DNA of 64,000 nucleotides. Origin: Capsulimonadaceae bacterium. Lineage in GTDB: Bacteria > Armatimonadota > Armatimonadia > Armatimonadales > Capsulimonadaceae. The notes beneath the pieces are model-generated. The model saw nothing but the letters and a program-made list of their open reading frames with translations. It did not search any database and was not told where the DNA came from. Within the stretch, counting starts at the first letter, position 1; each line of letters opens with the position of its first letter. Below, in pieces: positions 10,249 through 19,910 of the stretch. Where the stretch lies: the NCBI GenBank assembly GCA_965215505.1, contig OZ244065.1:320001-384000 (forward strand), written 5' to 3'. The translations under genes and the position numbers were made by a program.

Positions 10249-10303
10249 CGTGTTCCTTGTGTTCCTTCTTTTGTGTTCCTTCGCCGCTGACCCGTGGGCG
10301 CGG

Positions 10304-12697
10304 TCAGTTCAGCTTCCGACGGATCGTAAAGGTGCCGGAAGCGCCCGGCGCGATCGCGCCGGTGATGGTGTCCAGATACTTGGTGACATCCGTCGCCGCC
10401 GTCGTCCCGGTCTGGTCCGAGCAGCTCGTGGTCGCCGGGTTCCCGGAGAAGAACGTGACCACGCCGCCCGAGTCCACCGCCCGGCCCACGACATTGCTAG
10501 TGTCAATGATGCCGTTGCCGTCGTTGTCGAGCGCCCAGTTCGCGCCGCCGCCGATCCCGCTCCGCACCAGGACGACGTTGCTGGCGTTGAGCTGCTTGCA
10601 GTTCGTCCCGCCCGAGGACGAGATGTTCTGGTAGGTCACCTGATATTCCAGGAACCGGCCCGGCAGCAGGTTCGCCGGGGTCAATGTCTGCGTGTAGGCC
10701 TGGATGACGCTCGTGCCGTCGGTGCCCAGGATGCGCCCCAGCACGGCCAGCTTGAGGAAGCCCGTATACACCCGGTCCACGGTGTTCTCCGTGCCCTCGC
10801 CGCTATCATAGGTGCCGCTCCCGTTGCTGTCAATGAAGGCCTGGAGGACGACCGGGTAGCCCTTGCCGGTGTCGGTCGAGAGGGCGGTCGCGTTCGGGAG
10901 CTGCATGGAGGCGGTGATGTTGACCGTGCCGCCGGCGGCGATGTTCGTGGCCGAGATCGCCGTGCCGGACGTCTTGGTCCAGGCGGTGCCGTTGTAGGTG
11001 TAGAGCGGCGCATTGCCGCCGTAGGTCAGCGTGACGGTCGTCCCGCTCGGGAGGTCGGCCGCCTGGCCGCCGGGCAGGACGCTCGGGGGCAGGGGGACGA
11101 CGTAGATGGTGTTCGTGATCGTGGTCGAGCCGGTGTTCTTGATCGTGTTCGTGAAGGACACGGCGGCCGGGTTGATCGCATTCCCCGCCGTCAGCCCGGA
11201 CGGCACCGGGGACGAGAGGTTCGTGTAGTCGTCGTTGGCGTCGGTGGGGCCGACCGCCTGGGGTGAGCCGCTCGGCCCGATCGCGAGCGCGCCCGCCGGC
11301 TGGACCGTGTAGACGTTATCCTGCCCGCCCGCCCCTGAACCGGTGTTGTTGTTTGAAGCGTCCGTCCCGTCGCCTGCGGGGTTGGCGACGCCGCTCCGGG
11401 GCGTGTTGGACCCGTAGGAGCCGTCGTCGTTGAAGTTCGCCGGGTTGGCATCCCCGGACTCGTCGTAGCACAGCGCGCCGGTGACGTCGCCCGCCGAGTT
11501 GCCGAGGAGCTGCGCGAGGGCCGCGACCGTGGTCGGGGCGGTCAGGCTGACGCCGCTCGTGAGTACCGTGAAGGCGAACCCGGTCAGGCTGGTGCCCTTG
11601 GTGATGGGACCGGCGGCGACGAAACCGAGGCGCGTCGTGTTCGACAGCGGTGAGGGCGCTGTGGAAACCCAGGCCGCCGCGCTCGGCAGCGTGGTGGTGG
11701 CGCTGGTGGTATAAATCGCTGTCCAGCCGGAAGGGGCGGCGGGGGTGCCGGTAAGCACGGCCCCGGTGGGCACCGCGACCGAGATCAGGATGCGGCTGAC
11801 GGTGCTGCCGTCGAGGCTGATGCTGGTCGCGGTCAGGTCTGCGGGGACATACTCGGGCAGGGCGTTCGTCCACGCGCTCGAGTTGACGTTCAGGCCGAGG
11901 CTGTAGGCGAGGGTGTCATGCTGAGAGTCCACGCCCTGGGTCAGCGCCCCGTGCGTGAGCAGGACGGCGGCGAAGGCCTGCGGCTGCGAGCCGGCCGTCG
12001 TGGACTCGGTGGCGCTGGCCTCGCGGTTGCCGTTGACCGGCGATCCGGGGTCGGATGTATAGCACTTGCCCGCGCCGCCGGTCGGCGCGGTGGGGTAGGC
12101 CTGGTTCTGCGTTCCGGCGCTGTTGTCGTTCGGGCTGGTGTTACCGAGCAGCACGGCGATGGCGGCACCGGGGGCGGCGCTCGGAGTGACCGTGGCCGAG
12201 ACGCGCACCTGCACCGTGCCGCCCTCGGCGACGGTCGGCGTGGTAGCGCTGGCCCCCGAGACGGTGGTGTAGCTGGTGCCGCCGTTGGTGCTATACTGGA
12301 CGGAGGTCAGCGCGGCCGGGCCGGTGATGGCCACGGTGCCGGGGATGACGAACTGGTCGGTGTCGTTGCCGACGTTCGTGATCACATAGTCGTAGTACAG
12401 GACGTGGCCGGGCAGGATGTTGGCACCGCCCGTGTGGTCGGTGACGGCGGACCCCGTCAGCGTCATGCCCGCCACCTCGGCCACGGTCACGGTGACCGAG
12501 TTGGAAGGCGCGTTGACGGTCTGGCCGCTGTTGTTCGGGTCCACATAGCTCGCCGAAGCCGAGTCGGTGATGGGCGTGCCGGCCGCCGTCTGGGCGCGTG
12601 CGCCAGGCAGGGGCAGCAGCATCGCTGCCAGCAGCAGCGTGGGGAGGAGACCGCACAGCAGCCGTTCAGGGGGCCAAGTTTTTATCTTCGTGACCAC
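10304..12697 (-). CDS. Secreted DUF11-type protein, putative fibre subunit B (paralog of 22015-24396)
   Basis: Signal peptide ...GARA-QTAAGTPITDSASASY; colinear similarity to 22015-24396 over the whole length; start codon uncertain. Confidence 0.8.
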   Translation of the reverse strand: MVTKIKTWPPERLLCGLLPTLLLAAMLLPLPGARAQTAAGTPITDSASASYVDPNNSGQTVNAPSNSVTVTVAEVAGMTLTGSAVTDHTGGANILPGHVLYYDYVITNVGNDTDQFVIPGTVAITGPAALTSVQYSTNGGTSYTTVSGASATTPTVAEGGTVQVRVSATVTPSAAPGAAIAVLLGNTSPNDNSAGTQNQAYPTAPTGGAGKCYTSDPGSPVNGNREASATESTTAGSQPQAFAAVLLTHGALTQGVDSQHDTLAYSLGLNVNSSAWTNALPEYVPADLTATSISLDGSTVSRILISVAVPTGAVLTGTPAAPSGWTAIYTTSATTTLPSAAAWVSTAPSPLSNTTRLGFVAAGPITKGTSLTGFAFTVLTSGVSLTAPTTVAALAQLLGNSAGDVTGALCYDESGDANPANFNDDGSYGSNTPRSGVANPAGDGTDASNNNTGSGAGGQDNVYTVQPAGALAIGPSGSPQAVGPTDANDDYTNLSSPVPSGLTAGNAINPAAVSFTNTIKNTGSTTITNTIYVVPLPPSVLPGGQAADLPSGTTVTLTYGGNAPLYTYNGTAWTKTSGTAISATNIAAGGTVNITASMQLPNATALSTDTGKGYPVVLQAFIDSNGSGTYDSGEGTENTVDRVYTGFLKLAVLGRILGTDGTSVIQAYTQTLTPANLLPGRFLEYQVTYQNISSSGGTNCKQLNASNVVLVRSGIGGGANWALDNDGNGIIDTSNVVGRAVDSGGVVTFFSGNPATTSCSDQTGTTAATDVTKYLDTITGAIAPGASGTFTIRRKLN

Positions 12698-12797
12698 GAC
12701 CGGTCCGATCTACAGTGGAAGCCGTAACAGTTGCCTCCGCAGGCGAAAGAGAGGGCGGAAGATGATGCTCGTGTTTTTGCGGAGTGTCCAGCACTCA

Positions 12798-12824
12798 TTA
12801 TCGGGGAAAGCTGTTATAACTATA
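12798..12824 (-). promoter_or_regulatory. sigma28 (FliA/SigD-like) promoter upstream of DUF11 module B
   Basis: Minus strand TATAGTTA-N11-CCCGATAA versus consensus TAAAGTTT-N11-GCCGATAA. Confidence 0.55.
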
Positions 12825-12867
12825 GGGCAGAAGGGTACGGATTTCTGCGGGATGAAAGGAAACTGCC

Positions 12868-14001
12868 ATGACGGAAACACCACTGCGGGTCGCCATCGTC
12901 GGGACCGCAAAACGCTCGGACTACCTCTACGGGCCGCTCTTGAGAGCCATGACCGGCGTCGAGCTGGTCGCCGTCTGGGGCCGGAGTGAGGGTTCTGCCC
13001 AGAAGCTCGGCGCGAGTCTGGGGGTGCCCGCCTACACGGACCTTGCCCGGCTGATTGCCGAGACCGGGGCCGAGATCGGCGTCGTCTCGGTCTCCTATGG
13101 CGCGAACGGGTCGGTCGGGCTGCTGGCCGTCGAACACGGCCTGCACGTTTTATTGGAGACGCCCATCGCCCACGAGCTGGCCGAGGCCGACGCCATCATC
13201 GCCGCCGCCGGTCTGCGCGGCCTGAAGGTGGAGGTGGCCGAGCAGTTCCACCGCCGCCCCCTGGAGGCGATCAAGCTGAAGCTGATCGCGTCGGGCCTGT
13301 TCGGGCGCGTCCACACCTCGTTCAGCGACTTCGCCGGCCACGGCTATCACGGGGTCAGCGTCATGCGCTCCTACCTCGGCTTCGACGCCAAACCGGTGCA
13401 GGTGACGGGGGCGGTCCGCTCCTACCCGCTGGCCTCGCACCGGCCTTACCTGGGCACATCGGACCGGGCGCGGGACGAGACGCAGGAACACGCGACGGTG
13501 GAGTTTGAAGACGGGCGGCTGGGGCTGTTCCACTGGACGAGCGTCGGCTACGACTCGCCGCTGCGCTGGTGGCGCTCCTCGCGGTTCCTGGCGGAGCGCG
13601 GCATGGGGGTGACGACGGGGATGTACCCGGACGTCCAGGAGTATCTGACCCTGCTGACGCCGGACGGGCAGGCCGCCCAGCCGGTCATGCTGGAGCGCCG
13701 CCTGGAGCGGGTGGACGGCGGGGCGCTGACGGCGATGGTGGCGCACACGGGCGACGCCGCCCTGCCCACGGTCATTTGGGAGAACCCGTTCAAGCCTGCC
13801 GTCCAGGGCCACGGCCCGCAGTGGCACGACGACGAGATCGGGGTGGCGGGGTGTCTCCAGAGCCTGATAGACGCCGTGCGGAACGACGCCGCGCCGAGCT
13901 ACGGGCCGCAGCAGGCGCGTCTGGACCAGGAGATCGTGCTGGCCCTGCATCGGTCCTCGAATGAGGGGGGCCGCCCGGTGCGGCTGGCGTCTTCCTTCTG
14001 A
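12868..14001 (+). CDS. Gfo/Idh/MocA-family oxidoreductase
   Basis: LRVAIVG Rossmann start; HVLLETP (EKP variant). Confidence 0.8.
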   Translation: MTETPLRVAIVGTAKRSDYLYGPLLRAMTGVELVAVWGRSEGSAQKLGASLGVPAYTDLARLIAETGAEIGVVSVSYGANGSVGLLAVEHGLHVLLETPIAHELAEADAIIAAAGLRGLKVEVAEQFHRRPLEAIKLKLIASGLFGRVHTSFSDFAGHGYHGVSVMRSYLGFDAKPVQVTGAVRSYPLASHRPYLGTSDRARDETQEHATVEFEDGRLGLFHWTSVGYDSPLRWWRSSRFLAERGMGVTTGMYPDVQEYLTLLTPDGQAAQPVMLERRLERVDGGALTAMVAHTGDAALPTVIWENPFKPAVQGHGPQWHDDEIGVAGCLQSLIDAVRNDAAPSYGPQQARLDQEIVLALHRSSNEGGRPVRLASSF

Positions 14002-14012
14002 GACGGACAGGA

Positions 14013-14157
14013 GACGAGTGATTGAAATCACTCGCTGCCCTCGGATTTGTCCAGGGGACAAGGGAACGGGATGATGCCGAACGTCCCTCGTCCCCGTCCT
14101 GCCCTCTTCTGTCCCCTGGACAGGTCCGCGCGTAGCGAGTGATTTTAATCACTCGTC
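14013..14157. repeat. REPIN-like inverted pair (family B) between convergent genes
   Basis: GACGAGTGATTGAAATCACTCGCT...TGTCCAGGGGACA and its inverted copy; also at 39357 and 53470. Confidence 0.75.
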
Positions 14158-14193
14158 CTACCGGCGTGTGACATGAGCTACTTCACCCGGACA

Positions 14194-16437
14194 TCATTTC
14201 ACCCGGACGCGGAACCGGAGGAACCCGTAAGAGCCGGTCGGCGTGCCCGGCCCAGTGGCGCTGGGCAGGGTCGCCGGGGCGGGGGCGAGGGAGACGGCCA
14301 CGACGCCGCTCAGGTTGGGCTGGCCGCCGGGGTTCGCGGCGGCGGGGACCGCCGCGCCCGGCGCGTAGAACTGGCCTCGGTCGGCGTCGGCGACGTCGGA
14401 CAGGTAGTTGGTCGGGGCGGTCGGCAGGCTGGATGCGCTCAGGGCCAGGGCGATGCCCGAGTCCGCGCCGCCCGTGCCCCCGTCGGTCGGCGTCAGCCCG
14501 TCATAGGCCGTCGCTTCAAAGGCGGTGTCGGCGGGCAGGACGTCGGCCAGCAGGATGTTGGTGCCGGGGCCGCTGGTGTCCAGGAAGTAGATGGTGTATT
14601 CCAGCTCATCGCCGGGCTTGATGTTGGCGACGCTGCGGGTCCCGCGCAGGTAGGTGGCGGCCGGGGCGGGCCAGTAGGGGCTGTTGTCGTCGGCCGTGCC
14701 GGGGTCGTCGTCGAACCCGGTCGTGTTCGTCCCGTTGACGGCGGTGATGCGCTTGACCAGCAGGAGGACGGGCGGCCCCTGGACGTTGAGCGTGGACGAG
14801 GCGGCGGGGCTGGGGAAATAGGTCCACAGGTCCAGCCCCTTGGTGTCCCCGAACGAGCCGGTGTTGGGGACATTGGTGTTGCCGTTGTTCCCCGACTGCC
14901 CATAGGCGCGCTGGGCCGAGGAAAGATCGAAGCCGTTTATGGGGTCTGCGGCGATGACAGAGGGCGGGGCGATGCCGCCGAGCGGCTGCCCGACGTCGGC
15001 GGCGCTGCCGGAGCCGCCGACGCTGCTCTTGGTGACGTTGTAGCCGCCCAATGTCCGGTAGCCCCGGTCATCGTAGAATCCGACCGTGTAGGAGTGACCG
15101 CCCGCATTGGCGTGGTTGAGCAAAGAAATGTTCGGCCCGCCGGAGACGTTGTTCTCGGCGTCCAGCAGCGGGAAGTGGTACTCCCCGGCGTGGATCGTGG
15201 CCTGAACGCCGTAGCCGGTGCCGACGGGGAAGTTCGCCCCGCTGTTGTCCTTGCCGTCCCACGTCACGGTGTTCGACCCAGCCGCGCGCACCCCGCGCAG
15301 GCGGCGGTTCGCGGGCAGCGTCGGGTCGAAGTTCACGTTGTCGCGGCTGATCACGATGTCATAGACCGCGCTGAGGTTGCTGGTGAAGCTGAACGTGCCG
15401 CCCGTCCCGAGGCGGCTGTTGTTGCCGCCCGCCGTGCCGGAGAAGCCCAGGCCGCTGATGGTCGGGTCCTGGGGGATGGTCGCGATACCCGCCGCCATCA
15501 GGGTCTCGTTGGCGGCCGGGTGGAAGAAGAGCGGGTAGGTGGGCAGGGCCAGGTGACAGCCGCCCTCGATACTGGAGAGCTGGCCGTCCGCGCCCAGTAC
15601 GTCCTGGTAGAGCGGCGAGACGCCGTCACTGTCGTAGAAGCCGACCTGGTTGCCGTAGATGATGAAGCCGTTCGGGTCCAGCCCGTTCAAAGCCATCTGG
15701 TAGCGGTAGCCGTCGGTCGTCACGGCATAGAGGTCGCTGTAGAGGCAGCGCCCGTTGCCGCCGGTGAACAGGGCGAGGTAGTAGGCAAAAACGCGCCCGG
15801 TGATGTCGGTCGTGGAGGAGGCCGAGGCGCGCACGGCGACGTCCCAGGCGGCCACGCTGCTGCCCTGCGAGCTGTCGAAGTCGTTGGTGGAACCAAGGGT
15901 GATGTCGCCATAGGGGGCACCGGTGCCGGCCGTGTTCCCGCCCGCCGGGCCGTAGAAGACGACCTCGTAGATGCCGTCTTCGGGGGCGACGTAGGAGGCC
16001 GGCGCGTAGCCCGACGTGTTGCCGGTCCCGTCCTGACTCTTCGGCCCGGCAAGCTCCAAAGCGCGGCTGGTGATCTGACCCTTGCCGGCCTGCGAACTCG
16101 CCTGGAAGTCCGGCGATGCGGGCACGTTCTCGCTGCCGACCGCGCCGGTGACGCGGCCCGGCCGGTAGATCAGGATGTCGCCGCTGCCGACCCCGACGGC
16201 CGACGAGGCGACCAGGATGTATTCGCCGGTGTGGGCGTAGACGTGCAGCAGGGTCCGGCGCAGCAGCAGGCTCCCGTAGGTGTCCGTGCGCCATTCCAGG
16301 TTGGCGCGGGCTGCGCCGGGCCGCCCGTCATCGGAGGCGGGGTAGAGGTCGCGGCTGCCCGACGCCCCGGCCCGCAGGGGCAGCATGCAGGCCAGGAGAG
16401 CCAGCGCGAGCGCCCCCAAAGTTCTTCGCTGTGTCAT
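14194..16437 (-). CDS. Secreted protein with unknown N-terminal domains and C-terminal DUF11 domain (putative tip adhesin)
   Basis: Start MTQRRTLGALALALLA signal peptide; FlgD-like TVTWDGKDNSG; C-terminus LLLVKR...KPGDELEYTIYF...DVLP...YGFLRFRVRVK, similar to the end of 5582-9721. Confidence 0.8.
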   Translation of the reverse strand: MTQRRTLGALALALLACMLPLRAGASGSRDLYPASDDGRPGAARANLEWRTDTYGSLLLRRTLLHVYAHTGEYILVASSAVGVGSGDILIYRPGRVTGAVGSENVPASPDFQASSQAGKGQITSRALELAGPKSQDGTGNTSGYAPASYVAPEDGIYEVVFYGPAGGNTAGTGAPYGDITLGSTNDFDSSQGSSVAAWDVAVRASASSTTDITGRVFAYYLALFTGGNGRCLYSDLYAVTTDGYRYQMALNGLDPNGFIIYGNQVGFYDSDGVSPLYQDVLGADGQLSSIEGGCHLALPTYPLFFHPAANETLMAAGIATIPQDPTISGLGFSGTAGGNNSRLGTGGTFSFTSNLSAVYDIVISRDNVNFDPTLPANRRLRGVRAAGSNTVTWDGKDNSGANFPVGTGYGVQATIHAGEYHFPLLDAENNVSGGPNISLLNHANAGGHSYTVGFYDDRGYRTLGGYNVTKSSVGGSGSAADVGQPLGGIAPPSVIAADPINGFDLSSAQRAYGQSGNNGNTNVPNTGSFGDTKGLDLWTYFPSPAASSTLNVQGPPVLLLVKRITAVNGTNTTGFDDDPGTADDNSPYWPAPAATYLRGTRSVANIKPGDELEYTIYFLDTSGPGTNILLADVLPADTAFEATAYDGLTPTDGGTGGADSGIALALSASSLPTAPTNYLSDVADADRGQFYAPGAAVPAAANPGGQPNLSGVVAVSLAPAPATLPSATGPGTPTGSYGFLRFRVRVK

Positions 16438-16466
16438 CGTGTGTCCTCGAAGGGTCCCCGCCGTGG

Positions 16467-19400
16467 CTAATCGCCGGCCCGCCCCGGCGTGCTGGATGTC
16501 GTAACAGCAGACTGCGTCGGCCCGGCGGCGTTCCCCGTCGGGGCGGGGGTGAAGCCGGCCGGGACGGGGCGGCCCTTGTCCGCCAGTGCGCCGCGCTCCA
16601 GCCCGAAGCCGTTGAAGAGCTGGTTCACCTTGGCGGTGAAGCCCAGATAGATGCCGCCCGCCGAGCGCGCCCCGCTGAAGTCGCGGTCGCCGACGCGCCC
16701 GAAGCTGTACCCCAGGCTCAGGCGCAGGTCGGGCGTCGCGAAGTAGCCCGTCTCCACCACCAGGCCCCGGCTGCTGTAGCCCGCCGTCGTCTGGCCGATC
16801 CAGCGCAGGTCGCCCACGAGGTCCATGTCCGACCGGAAGCGGTAGGTCGCCCGCATCTGGGCCAGGTCGATCCGGCTGACGCCCACATAGTCGCCGGCCA
16901 GGAAGGAGACGCTGTCGCGCCGGGCCAGCTTGCCGTAGAACTCCCACTGCCATTCGGGGGCGTAGATGCCCTCGACCGCGAACACTCCGTCGCGCGAGCC
17001 CGCCCCGCTGCCGACCAGGATGGTGTCCGGGATCGTCGCCGGGTTGCGCCGGTAGTCGTAGCGGAGCAGCAGGTTGACGTTGTCGCGGGCTGGGTCGCGG
17101 TAGGCCAGGCCCATCCGCAGCGTCACCGAGCGGCCCAATGACTCCAGCAGCTGGTTCGCGGCGTCCGACTCCTGGTAAGCACCCAGGGCGGTCAGGGCCG
17201 GCCCGATCTTGCCGGCCAGCGCCCCGGTGATGACCGTGTTCTGTCCCCCGGACGAGTCGCGCGTCTCATAGCGCGCGCTGGCTTTGAAGTCGCGCGAGCG
17301 CGTATACTCCAGGCCCGCGCTCAGGCCGCCGCCGCTGCCGACGCCGAGGCCCGAGGCGCTCTGGCCGACGGCGTAGGGCTGCGCGAACCGGTCCCCCGCC
17401 CCGGTGCGCCCGAAGAACGCGCCGGTGACGTGTTCATAGCCCAGGCTGAGGCCCAGACCGGGGACCAGAATCCAGCGCCTGCCCAGGCCGAGCGACTGCT
17501 CCAGGGCGAAGCCGTTTGCGCCCCCGGTGAGCGCGAACCGCTCCGACATCTGCGTCCCGTCCCCGCCCTTGTGTTCGGCGACCGTCTCCAGGCTGGTGAC
17601 GGCGTGGCCTTTGTACTGGCCGCGCCCGTAGACCTGCTCGGTGAGTTTGACGTCCACGCCGGGCTTCGCCTTCCAGTCCGCGCCCACCGAGGTCCGGTCC
17701 GTGTAGACCGGGTCCGTGCCCGCCGACAGCGTGGTGTCGTTCTGGGCCAGCAGGGAGACGTTTTTGGTGACCGGCGCGGTCAGCCGCGTCTCCACCTGGT
17801 CCGAACTGCCCGAAAGGCCCGACCCGGCGATGCGGTCGGTGCGGCTCCGGCTGGTCAGGGCGACGGACACCTCGGCCCGGCGCACCCGCTGCTGCACCCC
17901 GACCGAGTAGGTCTGAAGGCTGTTGTCCACGGGCGTCCCGGCGGCGGGCGTCGTGCCGGGGTCCAGGACGCCGATCAGGGCGGGGTCGGGCTGGGGCGCG
18001 AGGCCCTTGTTGTCCTCGTGGTCGGCCTGCACCCGCAGGCGCGTCGTCGGCGAGAGCGCGGCCGAGACCTCGCCGCCGTACCGGGTCTGGCCCGGCACGA
18101 ACGAGGTGGTGGCGTCATTGGAAAAGCCGGTCCCGGTGGAGTGCAGGTAGGCCGAGACCGAAACGGCCCGCGCCGGGGAGGCCTCGGCGGACAGGCGGTA
18201 GGCGGTCCCGGCGACGTTCCCCAGGCCCGCCGCGCTGTCGCGGCTGTCAGAGCGCGCGATCTCGGCGATCAGCCGGCCACGCCCGCCGAGCAGCGGCAGG
18301 GAGGCGTCCGCCCCGTACAGGTCGAACCCCTGCAAGCCCTGGTTCTGGCGCAGGAAGGTGACGCCGAAGAGGCCGCCCGCCTGACGCCCCGCGCCGCCCG
18401 CCAGTCCGTACTGCATCCGGCCCCCGTAGACATTGGTGCCCGCCCCGCCGGTCTCGTACTGGTAGGTGGTGACGATCCTTCGGACCAGGGCCTGCCCGTC
18501 CGGGCCGACGTCGGTCCGCAGGACGGGCTGGTGGAAGAGCAGTGTCCCCCGGTCGTAGTCGATCTCATAGTCCACGCCGCGCTGGGGGGCGGCGCGCTCC
18601 AGGACGGTTCCGGGCCGGTTGATGTCTTCCAGCTCGAAGAAGACGCTCTCGCTGCCGTAGACCAGGGGCCGGTGGGACAGGAAGTACAGCCCGCTCGTCC
18701 CGTCGGGCGCGACGGTGTCGCGCTGGAAGCCCTGGACGTCGTCGCCGTAGAATCCGGTCGCCTGCAAGCCGCCCGCCTGGTAGTTCGCCTTCAGGGCGTG
18801 GAAGGTGCGCGTGATGGCCGTGAACTCCTGCGACCGGCCCGCGAACTCGGCCGTCCCGTAGTCGCCCCACAGGATGTAGGTCTGGTCGCGTTCCAGCCGC
18901 AGGGCCAAGTTGTCGCGGGACTGGGCCAGGGCGAAGGCGGTGGAGCTGTCGCCGTAGACGGCATAGGGCCGCTCCTGCGCCTGCGTCTGCGTGTCCCGGC
19001 CCAGGCTGCTCGGCCCCGCAGCCGTCTGGTTCAGAGCGTGTTCGCTGTCGTAAGCGCCGAGGAACAGATAGTCGCCAACCTTGCCGGTCGCGAAGACGGA
19101 CGTGCGCCCGTGGAGCTTGGAACCATCGCTGACGTCGGGGCTGATGAAGTCTTGCAGGGGCCGGTCGTAGTCGGAGCGGCGGCTGCCGAGACGGAAATCC
19201 ACCACGCCGGTCGCGAGGGAGGGGCGCAGGTGCGTGGCGAACTCGACGGACGCGAACGCCTCCAGGTCGCCGCTGGCGGCCCGGACGCGGACGGTCTGCG
19301 CCTGCACCCCGGCCCGCAGGGTGGCGCGGAATCGGCCCCCCACGGTCCGGACCTGGAAGCCGGGCTGGTCCGGGTCGGCGTCCTCGCCCACCCACTCGCC

Positions 19401-19910
19401 CGCCCCGGCCGTCAGCGTGACCAGGCCGTCGTGGTGGGAGGGCCGGCCCCGCGCGTCCAGCAAAGCCCCGGTGAAGGCCAGCGTGGAGCGGCCGTCGGCG
19501 GGGAGGCGGCTGCCCAGGGCGCGCAATGTGAGCTGCCGAGGCGCGGACTGCACCTCGACGGTGCGCTCGGCCCGCGCGCCGCCCGGCCCGGTTTCGGCGA
19601 GCAGGGTGTTCGTGCCTTCCTTCAGGACGACGCCGTACCAGGTCTGCGTGACTGTCTTGGCCGCGCCGTCGGTCTCGGTCCGGCCGATGAGGGTGGGGCT
19701 GATCAAGGTCCCGTTGACCCGCAGCGTGACGGCCGCCCCGGCCGGGAAGCGGAGGACGACGGCGACGGCGGGGCTGTCCAGCGCGCCGTCCCCGCCGGGG
19801 GAGAGGATTGCCAGCCCGGATGACTGGGGCACGGTCGTCTGCCCGCAAGCAGGTCGGGGAACTGCGACCACAGCCGCAGATGCCAGCATGAGTGCGATCA
19901 GGTGCTTCAT
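16467..19910 (-). CDS. Large outer-membrane beta-barrel protein with N-terminal Ig-like domains (putative export/assembly channel)
   Basis: Signal peptide; Ig-like LPADGRST segment; long run of alternating amphipathic beta strands ending LRLSLGYSFG...GIYLGFTAKV; ATGA-coupled to the upstream gene. Confidence 0.75.
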   Translation of the reverse strand: MKHLIALMLASAAVVAVPRPACGQTTVPQSSGLAILSPGGDGALDSPAVAVVLRFPAGAAVTLRVNGTLISPTLIGRTETDGAAKTVTQTWYGVVLKEGTNTLLAETGPGGARAERTVEVQSAPRQLTLRALGSRLPADGRSTLAFTGALLDARGRPSHHDGLVTLTAGAGEWVGEDADPDQPGFQVRTVGGRFRATLRAGVQAQTVRVRAASGDLEAFASVEFATHLRPSLATGVVDFRLGSRRSDYDRPLQDFISPDVSDGSKLHGRTSVFATGKVGDYLFLGAYDSEHALNQTAAGPSSLGRDTQTQAQERPYAVYGDSSTAFALAQSRDNLALRLERDQTYILWGDYGTAEFAGRSQEFTAITRTFHALKANYQAGGLQATGFYGDDVQGFQRDTVAPDGTSGLYFLSHRPLVYGSESVFFELEDINRPGTVLERAAPQRGVDYEIDYDRGTLLFHQPVLRTDVGPDGQALVRRIVTTYQYETGGAGTNVYGGRMQYGLAGGAGRQAGGLFGVTFLRQNQGLQGFDLYGADASLPLLGGRGRLIAEIARSDSRDSAAGLGNVAGTAYRLSAEASPARAVSVSAYLHSTGTGFSNDATTSFVPGQTRYGGEVSAALSPTTRLRVQADHEDNKGLAPQPDPALIGVLDPGTTPAAGTPVDNSLQTYSVGVQQRVRRAEVSVALTSRSRTDRIAGSGLSGSSDQVETRLTAPVTKNVSLLAQNDTTLSAGTDPVYTDRTSVGADWKAKPGVDVKLTEQVYGRGQYKGHAVTSLETVAEHKGGDGTQMSERFALTGGANGFALEQSLGLGRRWILVPGLGLSLGYEHVTGAFFGRTGAGDRFAQPYAVGQSASGLGVGSGGGLSAGLEYTRSRDFKASARYETRDSSGGQNTVITGALAGKIGPALTALGAYQESDAANQLLESLGRSVTLRMGLAYRDPARDNVNLLLRYDYRRNPATIPDTILVGSGAGSRDGVFAVEGIYAPEWQWEFYGKLARRDSVSFLAGDYVGVSRIDLAQMRATYRFRSDMDLVGDLRWIGQTTAGYSSRGLVVETGYFATPDLRLSLGYSFGRVGDRDFSGARSAGGIYLGFTAKVNQLFNGFGLERGALADKGRPVPAGFTPAPTGNAAGPTQSAVTTSSTPGRAGD

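Noticed and set aside
16467-19910. Calling the barrel a TonB-dependent receptor or PapC usher
   Set aside because: No plug/TonB-box or usher motifs recognisable; left as an unclassified barrel.
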